Both the position numbers and the translations under genes were made by a program. From the NCBI GenBank assembly GCA_028534125.1, contig CM052816.1, positions 28,150,001-28,214,000 on the forward strand: 64,000 bases of DNA, read 5' to 3'. The DNA comes from Lama glama (taxonomy: Eukaryota). The notes under the pieces were generated by a model. It was not told the origin of the DNA. It made no database searches and saw only the letters and a list, made by a program, of their open reading frames with translations. Shown here piece after piece: positions 43,401-55,452 of the stretch. Numbering within the stretch: the stretch's first letter is position 1; every line of letters begins with the position of its first letter.

Positions 43401-46400
43401 ATATCTGCTCTTGTGCAATCTCACACAGAGGCCTCTGTTGCCAGAGCTTTGGGGAAACTGCTGGCTCTGAGCGTGAGTGAAAGACTGCAGTAGGATCTCC
43501 AAGATTGACTCCCGACAGTGGCTACAGCTCCCGTCTCAGGAGCTTAATTACTCTTAAATGGCACAGCCATCACCTGGCCTAGTCACCGCCGTCACCTTTC
43601 TTTGTGTCTCCTGTCCCACATGGTCTGACTCTGTTTTTCATCTATACTTAACTATGCTTACAGACCATCTTTAAAGTTTCCCAATTTACAGGTACGTTCC
43701 AGGTTGCTAGGATTTTCCTAAGTAATATGTGTATTTCTTGAATTAACTCTACCTCTACCACTGATTTAAATATGACACAAATACCTTCATTTAGTTTTTT
43801 TACTTAATCTTAATCTACATTTCCAATAGAAAGGGCTATGCCTTTAAATACATAAGCTTTAGCAAATAAATAGGTAAATTCTTGTTCCTGATAAAATAAC
43901 TCAAACACTTTAAAAACGCGTCCTCTGTTTCAAAGCTTTAATTAAGCCTGTAATAGAATTACTTTTAAAACACATCTACTTTTTCTTTTAGGTCACTGGA
44001 GAGTGTCTGGTGGATCATGTTAGTGTAGAAATGGGGAAATTTAGTATGAGTGGTATATTTTTTAAATGGTTGGTATGTATTGTCATATTTGGTGAGTATA
44101 GTCTGAGGTGTGTATGAGTCTGTCAGGTTTCTTCAACAATTTTAGGCAGTGAATGTAGGCATGAGATGGCCATTGTATGTGAAGGCAGTGTCAGTGTGAT
44201 ATGCTGGGTAACACTACAGCATAATTTTATACACGTATAGGCAGTACCCTGTTCATATATTATGAGTGATCTATGTGCCACTTACTATTAAAGTTCAAGT
44301 AGTTATATAATATCTATTTGATTTATATGAGAGACAGTGTAGTTCTGAGTAATTTGTGAGACCTGTTGAGACCCTGAAAATATTACAGACTGACCATGAG
44401 AAGGACAGATACAAGGGAGATCATGTGAGCCTCTAGGTTGTGGAATTATTGAAGGACATGCTGGGAAATGAGAGGAATTTTAGAAGGCATCATATGATTT
44501 TGTTAGCTTCATGGGTTTTTAATATAAAATATAGAGTTCTACAAGAATGAGAGTATTTGTGTGAGACTGTGGTATTGAAAGAAGAAAAGAAAAGAAAAAG
44601 CAAATTTAAGAAATGCATATACTGCAAAATGAGGGTGTGAAGGTTTAACACATGAGGGGATAGGTTTATGAGTGTGTCTGAGAACATAAGGAAATAGGAA
44701 CAGAGAATGGCGAGTGAAGGGTTGAGTGTTTATAAAGAGGTAAATGCAAGAGCACACGGTGCTGAGACTAGCTGTGGGCATGATGGAGTGAAGAAAGATG
44801 TGTATTTACGAGAGGAGGAAGTTGTTGGAGATCAGAATTTGGGGCCCCCTTTCAAATTTCTGCCGCTTCTTCACCCATGAAAAGACATATATTAAGGAGC
44901 TTTGCTCTTGAAGACAAAAGCAGAATCTACTGCTTCCTCCTTCAGTCCTTTATGCTGGATTTTGGTGCCCATTTCAAATTGGTTGTCAGAAATTTATCCA
45001 CATTGTGACCAACAAGGTTTATCTTCTCAGGTTAGGATTGAGTTAAGTTTTCTTACTTCTCTGAGAAATCTGTCATTTCATTAGTTCTCCATCTTCTTAA
45101 ACATAGCCTTGTTCTGATATTCTTGCACTTTGGGATGCATTTCCTCCTGACATTTCCCTTGAATCTCAAGGTTCTGTTTTATACAGATACAATGAGTATC
45201 TCCCAGAGGAGAAAGAGACTCTTGCTGGAGTCTGAACTGGGGTTTGTATCAGCTTCTATCTCCTATCAGTTGGTAGACAGGAGATGTCAGCTGACTCTCT
45301 AAGTCAAGCTTCTATTTCCCTTTCTATTCCTCATCCTTACCTCTAGCTCAGACATCTACACTTAGGTGTATTCATGTTGTCAAAGGAGACAACAGGAGAG
45401 ATATTTTGAAATAAAGGTATTTTTCACTTCCTTCTGAGGAATATGATCAAACTGTATAGTAGCCTTCTGTTCCTCAAAAAAAAATTGTTAAATTGAGTGA
45501 AAATTAAACAGATATACGCAACTTACCACTTTTTTCCCCTTAATAGAAGCACTGGGGATTGAACTTAGGACCTCATGCATGCCAAACATTCGTTCTACCA
45601 CTGAACTATACCCCCTACCCCAGACTTATCAATTTCTTTTTTTTTCTAAACATTTTTTATTGAGTTATAGTCAGTTTACAATGTTGTGTGAAATGCCAGT
45701 GTAGAGCACAATTTTTCAGTTATACATGAACATACATATATTCACTGTCATTCTTTTTCGCTCTGAGCCACCACAAGACCTTGTATATATTTCCCTGTGC
45801 TATACAGTATAATCTTGTTTATCTATTCTACATATGCCTGTCAGAATCTACAAATTTCACACTCCCAGTCTGTCCCTTCTCACCTCCCTCCCCTTTGGCA
45901 ACCACAAGTTGTATTCTATGTCTATGAGTCTGTTTCTGTTTTGTATTCATGTTCTTTTCTTCAGATTCGACATATGAGCGATCTCATACGGTATTTTTCT
46001 TTCTCCTTCTGGCTTACTTCACTTAGAATGACATTCTCCAGGAACATCCGTGTTGCTGCAAATGTCATTATGTTGTCGGTTTTTATGGCTGAATAGTATA
46101 CCATTGTATACATGTATCACCTCTTCTTTATCCAGGCATCTGTTTATGGACATTTAGGCTGTTTCCATGTCTTGGCTATTGTAAATAGTGCTGCTATGAA
46201 CACTGGGGTGCAGGTGTCTTTTTGAAGTAGGGTTCCTTCTGGATATATGCCCAGGAGTGGGATGACTCGGTCCTATGGTAAGTCTATTTCTAGTCTTTTG
46301 AGGAATCTCCATACTGTTTTCCACAGTGGCTGCACCAAACTGCATTCCCACCAGCAATGTAGGAGGGCTCCCTTTTCTCCACAGCCTCTCCAGCATTTGT

Positions 46401-49400
46401 CATTTGTGGACTTTTGAATGATGGCCATTCTGACTGGTGTGAGGTGATACCTCATCGTAGTTTTGATTTGCATTTCCCTGATAATTAGTGATACTGAGCA
46501 TTTTTTCAAGTGCCTATTGATCATTTGTATTTCTTCCTTGGAGACTTGCTTGTTTAGGTCTTCTGCCCATTTTTGGACTGGGATGTTTGTTTTTTCTTAT
46601 CAAGTCATATGAGCTTCTTACATATTCTGGAAATCCAAGCCTTTGTTGGTTTCATTGTTTGCAAAAATTTTCTCCCATTCCGTAGGTTTTCTTCTTGTTT
46701 TATTTCTGGTTTCCTTTGCTGTGCAGAAGCTTTTAAGATTCATTAGGTCCCATTTGTTAATTCTTGCTTTTATTTCTATTGCTTGGGTAGAATGCCCTAG
46801 GAGAACATTTTTGAGATGTATTCAAGATACTGTTTTGCCTATATTTTCTTCTAGGAGGTTTATTGTATCTTGTCTTATGTTTAAGTCTTTGATCCATTTT
46901 GAGTTTATTTTTGTGTATGGTGTAAGGGAGTGTTCTAACTTCATTGATTTACATGCTGCTGTCCAGTTTCCCCAACACCATTTGCTGAAGAGATTGTATT
47001 CCATTGTATATTCTTGCTTCCTTTGTCGAAGATTAGTTGACTAGAAGTTTGTGGGTTCATTTCTGGGCTCTCTATTCTGTTCCATTGGTCCGTGTGTCTG
47101 TTTTTGTACCAATACCACGCTGTCTTGTTTACTGTAGCTCTATAGTATTGTCTGAAGCCTGGGAGAGTTATTTCTACAGCCTCTTTCTTTTTCTTCAGTA
47201 TTGTTTTGGCAATTCTAGGTCTTTTGTGGTTCCATATAAGTTTTATTATGATTTGTTCTAGTTCTGTGAAATATGTCCTGGGTAATTTGATAGGAATTGC
47301 ATTAAATCTGTAGATTGCCTTGGGCAGTGTGACCATTTTAACAATATTGATTGTTCCAATCCAGAAGCATGGGATATCTTTCCATTTTTTTTAAGCCTTC
47401 TTTAATTTCCTTCATCAGTGGTTTATAGTTTTCCATGTGTAAGTCTTTCACCTTCTTGGTTAGATTTATTCCCAGATACTTTATTACTTTGAGTACTATT
47501 TTAAAGGGGATTGTTTCTTTACTTTCTTTTTCTGTTGATTTATCGTTAGTTAAAGAAATGCAAGTGATTTTTGTACATTAATCTGGTAACCTGCTACCTT
47601 GCTGAATTCTTTGATACTTAAAAGTAGTTTTTGTGTGGCCCTTTTAGGGTTTTCTATATATAGTATCATGTTATCTGCATATAGTGACATATAGTGACCT
47701 CTTCTTTTCCAATTTGGATCCCTTTTATTTCTCCCTCTTGCCTGACTGCTAGGCTAGGACTTCCAAGACTATGTTGAATAGGAGTGGTGATAGTGGGCAT
47801 CCTTGTCTTGTCCCAGATTTTAGTGGGACGCTTTTGAGTTTTTCACTGTTGAGTACTATGCTGGCTGTAAAGCAAAGATACTACCAAAAAAGGGAATTAT
47901 AGACCAATATCACTACTGAACATAGATGCAAAAACCCTTACCAAAATATTAGCAAATAGTATCTGACAGCATATAAAAAAGGTTATACAGCAGAACCAAG
48001 TAGGGTTCATCCCAAGGACACAACGGTGGTTCAACATACGCAAATCAATGTAATACATCACATTAGCAAGAGAAAGGACAAAAACCACATCATCATCTCA
48101 ATCGATGCAGAAAAAGCATTTGATAAAATTCAACACCCATTTATGATAAAAACTCTCACCAAAGTGGGTATAGAGGGAACATATCTCAACATAATAAAAG
48201 CTATGTAAGACAGACATATCAATTTCTTAGCTTGCCACATTTCCTCTATTTCATTTTTCTGAATATATTCTTTTTGACTATTTTTTTACATTTTATTTTT
48301 TATAGTTTTTATCTGAAAAAAGGTCATAGTTTCACTCTCATTCTCGTAAGACAGTGACTGTTTCATATCCTCAGCACAGTAGTTTATATTGATGTCATTA
48401 GGTTTCTATTTCTGTCTTCCTTATTGCTATTGAGAAGTTTACAGTTTGACAAATCATCATTCTTTTCTAAGTATTCTGTGTTTCTTTCTAGTTACACTAA
48501 GGTCTTTGTTATTGGGTTCTGAATTTTTGGTACAGTGTGGATTTGCTTTTGCCTATCCTGTAATGAGTTTCCTAATAACGTTTCTTGATTCTAAAGATTA
48601 AGGTCTTTCATCAGTTCTGAACAATGTTTAGCCATTATCTCTTTCATTACTGGTCTTATTTTCTTTGTTTCATTTGTCAGAAACCTCAGTTTGACATACA
48701 TCATATTTTCACATTTTATTCTCATTTATCTTAATCCCTCCTTTATCTTTCCATCTATTTATCTCTCTGATTTATGTTGTACATAATTCTCCAGCTCTCT
48801 TTCAGTTAATCAATTTTCTTTTCATCTATGTTTAATTTGCTGTTTAACCCATCTCCATTTTTATAAGTTCTAGAATAGTATTTCTTATTTCTAAAACTTC
48901 CATCTGGTTATTTTTAAAATCTTTTTTCTTTATAGGGTTTTATATTTTTACAGATTTAGTAATTTTAGACATTCTTATTTACTATCCCTATAACATTGTT
49001 CAATTATCTTCTTCATAGTTAAAACTTGCTTTTCCTAGTGTTTGCAGAACCTACTTTATAGTTATGTTTTTAGAGTTTTAAACTGTGAGCTCCTCTTCAG
49101 CAAGTCATTATCTATAGACTCTTGAGTATGGTTGACTGATAATCCAGAACTCTTTTACATTTTCTGCTGTCAGATATTAATGCGGTACAATTAGCTACAA
49201 CTTAATTTTATTAATTCTTCACTTCCAGGTTTAATGATTGGATAGCAATTGTGGACACTTTGCCTATGAAATCCATTTCTTCCCTTGATAAATGACATCT
49301 TTCCTAAATATGTATGCACAGAGTTACTCCCTTATTCCCCCCAAAGTGTAAAGTATTTGTGATGAGCTCCCACTGATGGTACAGAAACAGAGACCGACAC

Positions 49401-52400
49401 TCTCAAATAAGAGAGAAGAAAATGATATGACTGGACTCAAAGTACACCCTTCTCTTAGTGGCTAGGTAGAAATGTTGAGCTGGATTCTACAGATGTGCTC
49501 AAATACCCACTGCCTTGATCTGCCTAGACTTTAATTATTCTTCCTTTATCCTTACCAGCACAAGAAGGATTGTAAAATGAGGAGTCACAGGATAAGTATT
49601 CTGATTCAGAGGATCCATCTCTTGCTTCAGGGACCAAGGCACTGTACTTCCAAGAGTACCCAGATAGTGGATCATATTCACGTAACTTTGAGATTCCTAG
49701 AACATGGAATAAAACTCATAGTAACAGTTAGCTTCATTCTGTTCTTCTACATTCTTCTCCCTAACCTAGTCTCCTCACCAACCCCACGGAAATACTTGCT
49801 TTGTCCTAACCCTTTAACTTTGGCAGGGAACTGGCACATTTCAGTAGTCTATGCCTCTATCTGGCTCCTGTCATCAAGGCTCCTAATACTCATTTATCTT
49901 GCTTAAGATTTTTGGTATCATTTGCCATCCTCTACATTTTGCCTGTGGATTCTTAGAGATTTACAACTTCAAATGAATCAATAGGTAAATTTTTTTTGAA
50001 GTTAATTATTCTTTTTATGATGTCACTGGCTCTGTTTCAACATTAACCAAGCTTACTGTCACTTGGTTAACTGTTTAAGATTATCATCTATCATGGGTGC
50101 ATCTGGTATGTGTATTTTGCACCCTTTGTAACAAAATGGTGTGATTAAATACAATGAGCTTTGTGTGCATAAGTTCATAACATGTTACTTAAAACTGGGT
50201 TAGAGTTTATTATTGTGTGATTTGTTGTTTGTGAAATCAGAGGTGAGTGTGGCATGAGTGAGGACCATGTGAATTTCTGTTTTAGTTCAGCATCTATGTG
50301 TGTAGATTACATGTTGTATGATTAAGGATTTATGTTCGTGCTTTATATGTTGTCATGTGTTTTAAATGTCTAATTTAATTATTGGGAATATTCTCTTTGA
50401 GACTAGTGAGATTCATGTATTTGAAACCTAAGGGAATAATGAAAGAACATGAGGATATGGAAATCAAAGGCTGTAAGAGAAATAATGTATAAGCTTTGAG
50501 AGTATGGAACTATATGAAGATTCAAAGTAACTGAGGGCTCAAAAAAGTGTCTAAGAGTAGGTATGTGGTAACAGTTGACTGCATCAGAAAATAGACATGA
50601 AAGATTGAGTTCGAATGGGTTAAGGTAGAATATGAACACTAACGCCTAGCAGTTTAACTCTGAGGTATTCACCAAACAGAAATGTGCCAATATAGCAAAA
50701 TACATGTAATAGAATATTCATATCATTGTTCAGGGTAGCCCCAGAATGACTGCAACCCAAATGCTCAGAAAAGTATAATCATTAAATAAATTGTGCAATG
50801 GAACATAAGCATCAAGAAAGAACAAACCACAGTCACATGCAACATGAAATTCACAAATACCATGACGAGTGAAATGAACCACACACATTATAGTAAAAAA
50901 ACAAAGATAACTAGTCTAAGGTTTTAGAAGGCAGAGGAACTATCACTCTTGGCACCTACCAGGACGAAAACAGAGCACAGAGAACTGGGATGCATGTGGG
51001 AGACTGTAAGGAAACGAATGATGAAGACAGATAGTACAGATAGGTCTGTATAGGGATGAATGTGAGAACACTGGCTATAAAAATGCATAGATGCAATGGG
51101 GTCTGGAACTGGATGTTTCTGTACTCTATCTCAAGTCTGTATCTTGAGGATAATACCACTTATGCCTGTTTTAAACTGTTAGTGATTTCACACATTCCTC
51201 ATAACATAAGACGCCACTGAATGGCTCATACTGACATTCTCTTCCATGTTTCTCTGCTAAATCTCTCATCTCCTTAGTCCATTTCCTTCAGGCTGTTTGG
51301 AGCAGAGCTATGGTTCACATTCAGTGTTGTCTGAGGATGCTAAAACCACACCAAGTGGAAGAAATTAACCATTTGGTGATCACGAGCACGTAGTCCCCAG
51401 ACCCTCTGCCTAAGGACTGATCACCAACAACCAATCAGAATTGTGCACAGCTGATCACATACCCTGGGCCACCCCTCTCTCAGCTGACTTTTAAAAATGC
51501 TCCTTTTGGGGAGTTTGGGGTTTTTTTTTGGGGGGGGGCACATGCCACTCATTCTCATTGCTTGGTCCAGCAATTAAACTTTCTCTGCTCAAAAAAAAAA
51601 AAATTAAATACTTTTCTCCATTTATCTTTTTGGTCTTGCTCCAGTTCTTTTAAGTTTTTTCCTGTGAGAATTTATTGCTTCCACTATTAATCATATTAAA
51701 GAAGATGGAGAAGCATTTTGAGTTTCTTTCTGTACTGAGAAGCCTTGAATGGACTGATGGGCAGAACCACTCAGCTAATCTTTAGGGTCTGACTCAATCC
51801 CAATTTCCCTTTGCATCCTGTTCAATAGTCTCTCCGTACCAGCAGCAGTGAGCTTGTCTTCAGAAGAGACACAGGAGAAGTACTCTGAAGAAGCCTCCCT
51901 TGCTTTCTGTCCTTGAGTTGAGGCCACTGCCATGCTTCTACACTGCATGTAATCTTCTTGTAAATTCAACTTATCTGCAAAATTAAATTAAAATTATATA
52001 TACATGGTTTATGTTGGGTGTCTATGTATTTATCTAGCCATTAAACAAACAATAAAGAGTTTACCATGTGACATGTTTAATGAACACACATGACTTCCAT
52101 CTTCATGGACAGCATACTTTGGTTCTCATGAAAATTTTAAGTGTACGATAATATTATGGTATCAATATATATCACGAGTGACTGGATTTGCACAAGGTGT
52201 GGTCTTTGTAAATGAAGCAGAGATTGCTAGCTGTATCCCTTCTACCTAGACACGTTACCAGACTGCGTTTATCAGCTTCCCTTTTAGGTAGTTCTGACCA
52301 TGTGATTAAGCTTTCTACAATGGAAAATGGATGGAAATGACATGTGCCCCGCCATGTGCTTCCTTTTTCTAGCTGATTGAGTGGGATGTTAGTAACACTG

Positions 52401-53701
52401 GATCTATTTGAATCTGCATATTAATGATAATAAAGTTTCCATCAGCCCTGGCCCATGCATGAATTATCTCTGGAGGAGACTTGCCCTATTCCTACATTAT
52501 AAAAGCAAACGATTCATTTATAAATTAGTTACTAAGTCCTGATCTTTAACTAATGAAGTAGGGATGTAATGTATTTTTCAGAGTCAAATAATTGGATATG
52601 GTACATAGTAAGTGGGCAATTATATTAGATATTAATATCTATCTTCCTCTGGTTCATCTATGTTCTACATGTGTATATGTGACTAGGTATGAGTGTATGT
52701 TTTACTTCTCATAGTTCCCACTCAGTAACATCTCTAAACATGCTCTAACTTTGTTGCTGATGACATGAAGACAGAATCATTCTCCAGGACTCTCTCCAAA
52801 GGGCCCGCTGAAGTATGCAGAAGTCCCGAACATTATTGGAAATATCAAATTCCCTTCAGGAGTATGAGCTACCACTTGGAACTTTGAGATTGGCTGCAAT
52901 CTGCCCCCCTCCCACCACTGAGCAATGGTTATTCCTCATCGGAGATATGGAGTATCTCCACAGTAACCAGAACCATTTCAGTTTCAGAACCTCCTCCCTC
53001 CCCCCCTTTTTTACAAAGAGCCAAACTTTCTCTTCAATTCAATCATCATAGTCAGAATGTATTTTGCACATGTTGGGTGTATCCTGCTTTTATCCTTACA
53101 TTTCATATAGGAGCCCCATTTACATCTTCAGAATCTGAGAAAACTATTTTTACTTCTGAGTAAATAAATTTTATATGACTTTATACTCTCATCCCTGCAC
53201 AACTAGATTTAAGTGCTCAAAATTTTTTCCCAATTTCCCCCTCACCTCTATGAGCCATCCTTTCTTCTTCATTAACAGGAGAAAGCATTATTGGAAAACT
53301 CATAACATTATTTACTTAACCAATGCTCTTAGGGAGAAATAAAATAAAGTAAAAACATATTTTTAAAGAAAAATTGTACTAATTAACCACTGTGTCTGTG
53401 ACACAGTAACCCAGAGTGGTGTGGTATAGGTACTGTTAAGTCCTAAGCTGCAGAGACAAAGACCTTGCCATCTGAACTTTCTCTTTACTCTCAGACTACC
53501 TGGGCCCTCAGGAAGACAAGCATATCCACATCTTTCTCCCCCTCTCTCCTTCCCTCAGCAAAAATAGAAAACTTTTCCTTTTTCTTTCAGAAGGCAGTTA
53601 CCTTTGCTCTGAGAATATGCCTAACACATACCTCTTGACATCTTGGCAAGTTCGGGGGAGTATGTACTTTCTAGATGTTTCCTTTTTCGTTTCCGCTTCA
53701 T
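39762..53701 (-). CDS. FAM170A: FAM170A-like gene, spliced CDS join(53701-53632, 51974-51840, 42978-42838, 40480-39762), 1065 nt = 354 aa + stop; possibly a paralog rather than the ortholog
   Basis: Four exons with GT/AG sites, all junctions phase 1, read in one open frame. The peptides match FAM170A as recalled: [69 protein letters not shown]. Confidence 0.8.
41511..41599 (-). pseudogene. Decayed exon-2 module, copy C (…[23 protein letters not shown])
   Basis: Motif clearly present, but the donor reads GATG|ataagg instead of gtaagg, and nearby AG acceptors are phase 2. Confidence 0.7.
41960..42492 (+). mobile_element. Solo ERV LTR in the intron upstream of module C, antisense to the gene
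   Basis: TG…CA ends; LTR-like motifs (cagggtggagatcaggaatgag…, aaacttaactcacagctctcacg…tttcagtcaaca); no clear TSD. Confidence 0.6.
42838..42978 (-). CDS. FAM170A: FAM170A-like exon-2 module, copy B ([47 protein letters not shown])
   Basis: Strong acceptor ttccttctctttcctag|, donor TGA|gtgagt; 141 nt, phase 1-1, open; contains [13 protein letters not shown]. Confidence 0.75.
43235..43332 (-). pseudogene. Possible highly decayed exon-2 module, copy E (…[12 protein letters not shown]…)
   Basis: Bounded by ctctcag| and CAG|gtacc. The phase-1 frame gives HFTCV (~YFSCV) but contains stops. Confidence 0.35.
45341..45433 (-). pseudogene. Decayed exon-2 module, copy D (…TFISKYLSC[+1]VSFDNM…)
   Basis: tcaaaatatctctcctgt-t-gtctcc resembles tcagaatatttctcctgtgtctct with a 1-nt insertion. 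Splice signals cctcag| and GAG|gtaagg are retained; in-frame stops present. Confidence 0.55.
45530..45620 (-). mobile_element. tRNA-derived SINE (vic-1-like, short)
   Basis: Minus strand reads gggtatagttcagtggtagaa…gaggtcctaagttcaatccccag. Confidence 0.8.
45639..48210 (-). mobile_element. Young LINE-1 with twin-priming 5' inversion (45639-~47868 minus; ~47869-48210 plus)
   Basis: ORF2 peptides on both strands ([11 protein letters not shown] minus; [19 protein letters not shown] plus); 18-bp TSD cagac(t/a)tatcaatttctt at 45621-45638 and 48211-48228. Confidence 0.95.
51320..51603 (+). mobile_element. LTR U3-R fragment ending in poly(A)
   Basis: Similar to the LTR at 14082-14641; ATTAAA at 51573-51578, then A13 at 51591-51603. 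Confidence 0.65.
51840..51974 (-). CDS. FAM170A: FAM170A-like exon-2 module, copy A ([45 protein letters not shown])
   Basis: Acceptor ttttgcag|, donor CTG|gtacgg; 135 nt, phase 1-1, open; contains the [11 protein letters not shown] motif. Confidence 0.8.
53632..53701 (-). CDS. FAM170A: FAM170A-like coding exon 1 ([23 protein letters not shown]+G), basic NLS-like N-terminus
   Basis: Start context gaaccATGa (A at -3); 70 nt; donor GAG|gtatgt. Resembles the human N-terminus MKRRQKRKHLE. Too short for the ORF track. Confidence 0.85.
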
Positions 53702-53749
53702 GGTTCAACTCTTTGGAGAGTGATTCAAATCAGGTGAATTTCTCCCTGA

Positions 53750-53900
53750 AACTCTGCTCTCAAAGCGTCAAAGTTGATAATGACAAAGAATCAAATTAGT
53801 ACATTCAAGAACAACGAGTCATTTGAAAGCCTATCTCCTTACCAAATCACCTCCTGACCAATGCTTTAGAGCCATTATGATGTAAGTCACTGCTGAGGTC
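53750..53900 (-). promoter_or_regulatory. Putative proximal promoter/5' UTR of the FAM170A-like gene
   Basis: Immediately upstream of the ATG. Half-CRE CGTCA 53766-53770, CCAAT 53858-53862, CRE-like TGATGTAA 53878-53885; no CpG island. Confidence 0.3.
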
Positions 53901-55452
53901 TCAGCAAGATTCTATGACTTGTAGATTACATCTATGCATTCCAGGGACCCAGCTAGTCACAGGACTACAAGACTGTGGCAACCCATTGACTAGGATGATT
54001 CCTTCTATCTAACGGAAACTATCATTAACTTGAATTTTTATTTCTTGTACCTGATATCAAAACCAGAGGCTAGCTGACTTGGACTTAACAAAGAAAATCA
54101 TTGTATGTGTCTAGGGTAACCAAATCTCTAAATCTCTCCAACAGTAGGTAAAGGCAGCACCTGAGAGAACTAGGCCTAGAACCATGCCAGTCTCAGAGAA
54201 AACAGTAAAAGTTATACATCATATTAGTAGTACTACTGAATTCATGTACAAATATATGTTATATGTGAGGTCTATGTTGGTGTATAGGTATGGATTTGAG
54301 AACATCTCATAATTCCACACAACTCAAACATTTATTGAACTTCCCCCATTATTAAGAATAATCTCATGAATTTTTACAATCCATTGTCTCTTTTGCCACT
54401 CTTTCCCTTATCACTTTCCCAGAGGTATGGAGAAAGAAAAAGACCCTGGCTATACATTCCTGGCTCTCCCCACGAATCTTGTCAAGTCTAAAGATTTCAT
54501 TTTCTAGGCTTCTGTTTCAGGCCCCAGTCTACATCTCCTGGAAACAGCTGGGCTCTCTACAGGGTTTGAAGTCTGCAGTTAGCTCCAGTCAACCTCCCAC
54601 CCACCTCCTCTCTTACAGTATAATCAAGCCATGATCTAGCTTCCCTCAGTCTTCTTTATCCCTAGGAAACCATGACCCTGAATGTTCTCTCCCTTACCAT
54701 GGGCTCAGCCTCTTCTTGCCACTGAATGAGAGGCACATTCACGAAGGCATTCTCAGTCTTGTTAGCTATCAGAAAAAGTAAAAGCAAAAATTAGATACTA
54801 CTTTACATATATCAGATTGGTAAAAATTAGCTCAAACTATGCAAATGATTATAAGGTAATTATAATTATGGGTAAAAAAGGAATCTTATGATCTAAAATG
54901 AGGTAATAACCTATGTAGCTGGTTGGAGAACAATTAGCCAACATCTTATAAAATTAAATAAACACATAACCCATGATCCTACAATCTCATTCCATATAGG
55001 AATCTTTACAAGGATGATAATCATAGGATTATTTATACTAGCAGAGAGTTGAAACTTTAGTTTCCAACTCAAGAATAATGGATAAGCAAAATATGGTGAG
55101 TACATACTATAGAATTCATTTCCAAGAATAGAAATCAAGCCCATTAAAGTATGTGCCTAAAGAGAGGGGCATCAGGAACTGGTGATCAGAGACAAAAAGA
55201 AAATGTAATTCTACAAAATAATCATGTGTTCCCTGACCATGCTAGTGACTAAGGAGAATTATTAACTCAATTGTCAATAATTTTTAAACAGAAAACAAAC
55301 AAACAAAAACTCTCCCCAAAGTAAAATGGTTCAGATTAAGTCTAGAGCTAAGAAAAAGAACTGTTCTAAAGATTCCACACTGTGTTAGTTTCCTATTGTT
55401 GATGTAGCAAATTATCACCATTTAGTGGCTTAAAATTCAAATCTATTATCTT

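Noticed and set aside
45180..45260. Short resemblance to the start of the main exon (caagagtctctttctcc)
   Set aside because: Only ~15 nt of similarity and no open frame.
53100..53155. Exon-like segment on minus (actcag|aagtaaaaatag…aat|gtaagg), faintly like module D's start
   Set aside because: In-frame TGA, wrong exit phase and no SEYFSC motif; too weak to call.
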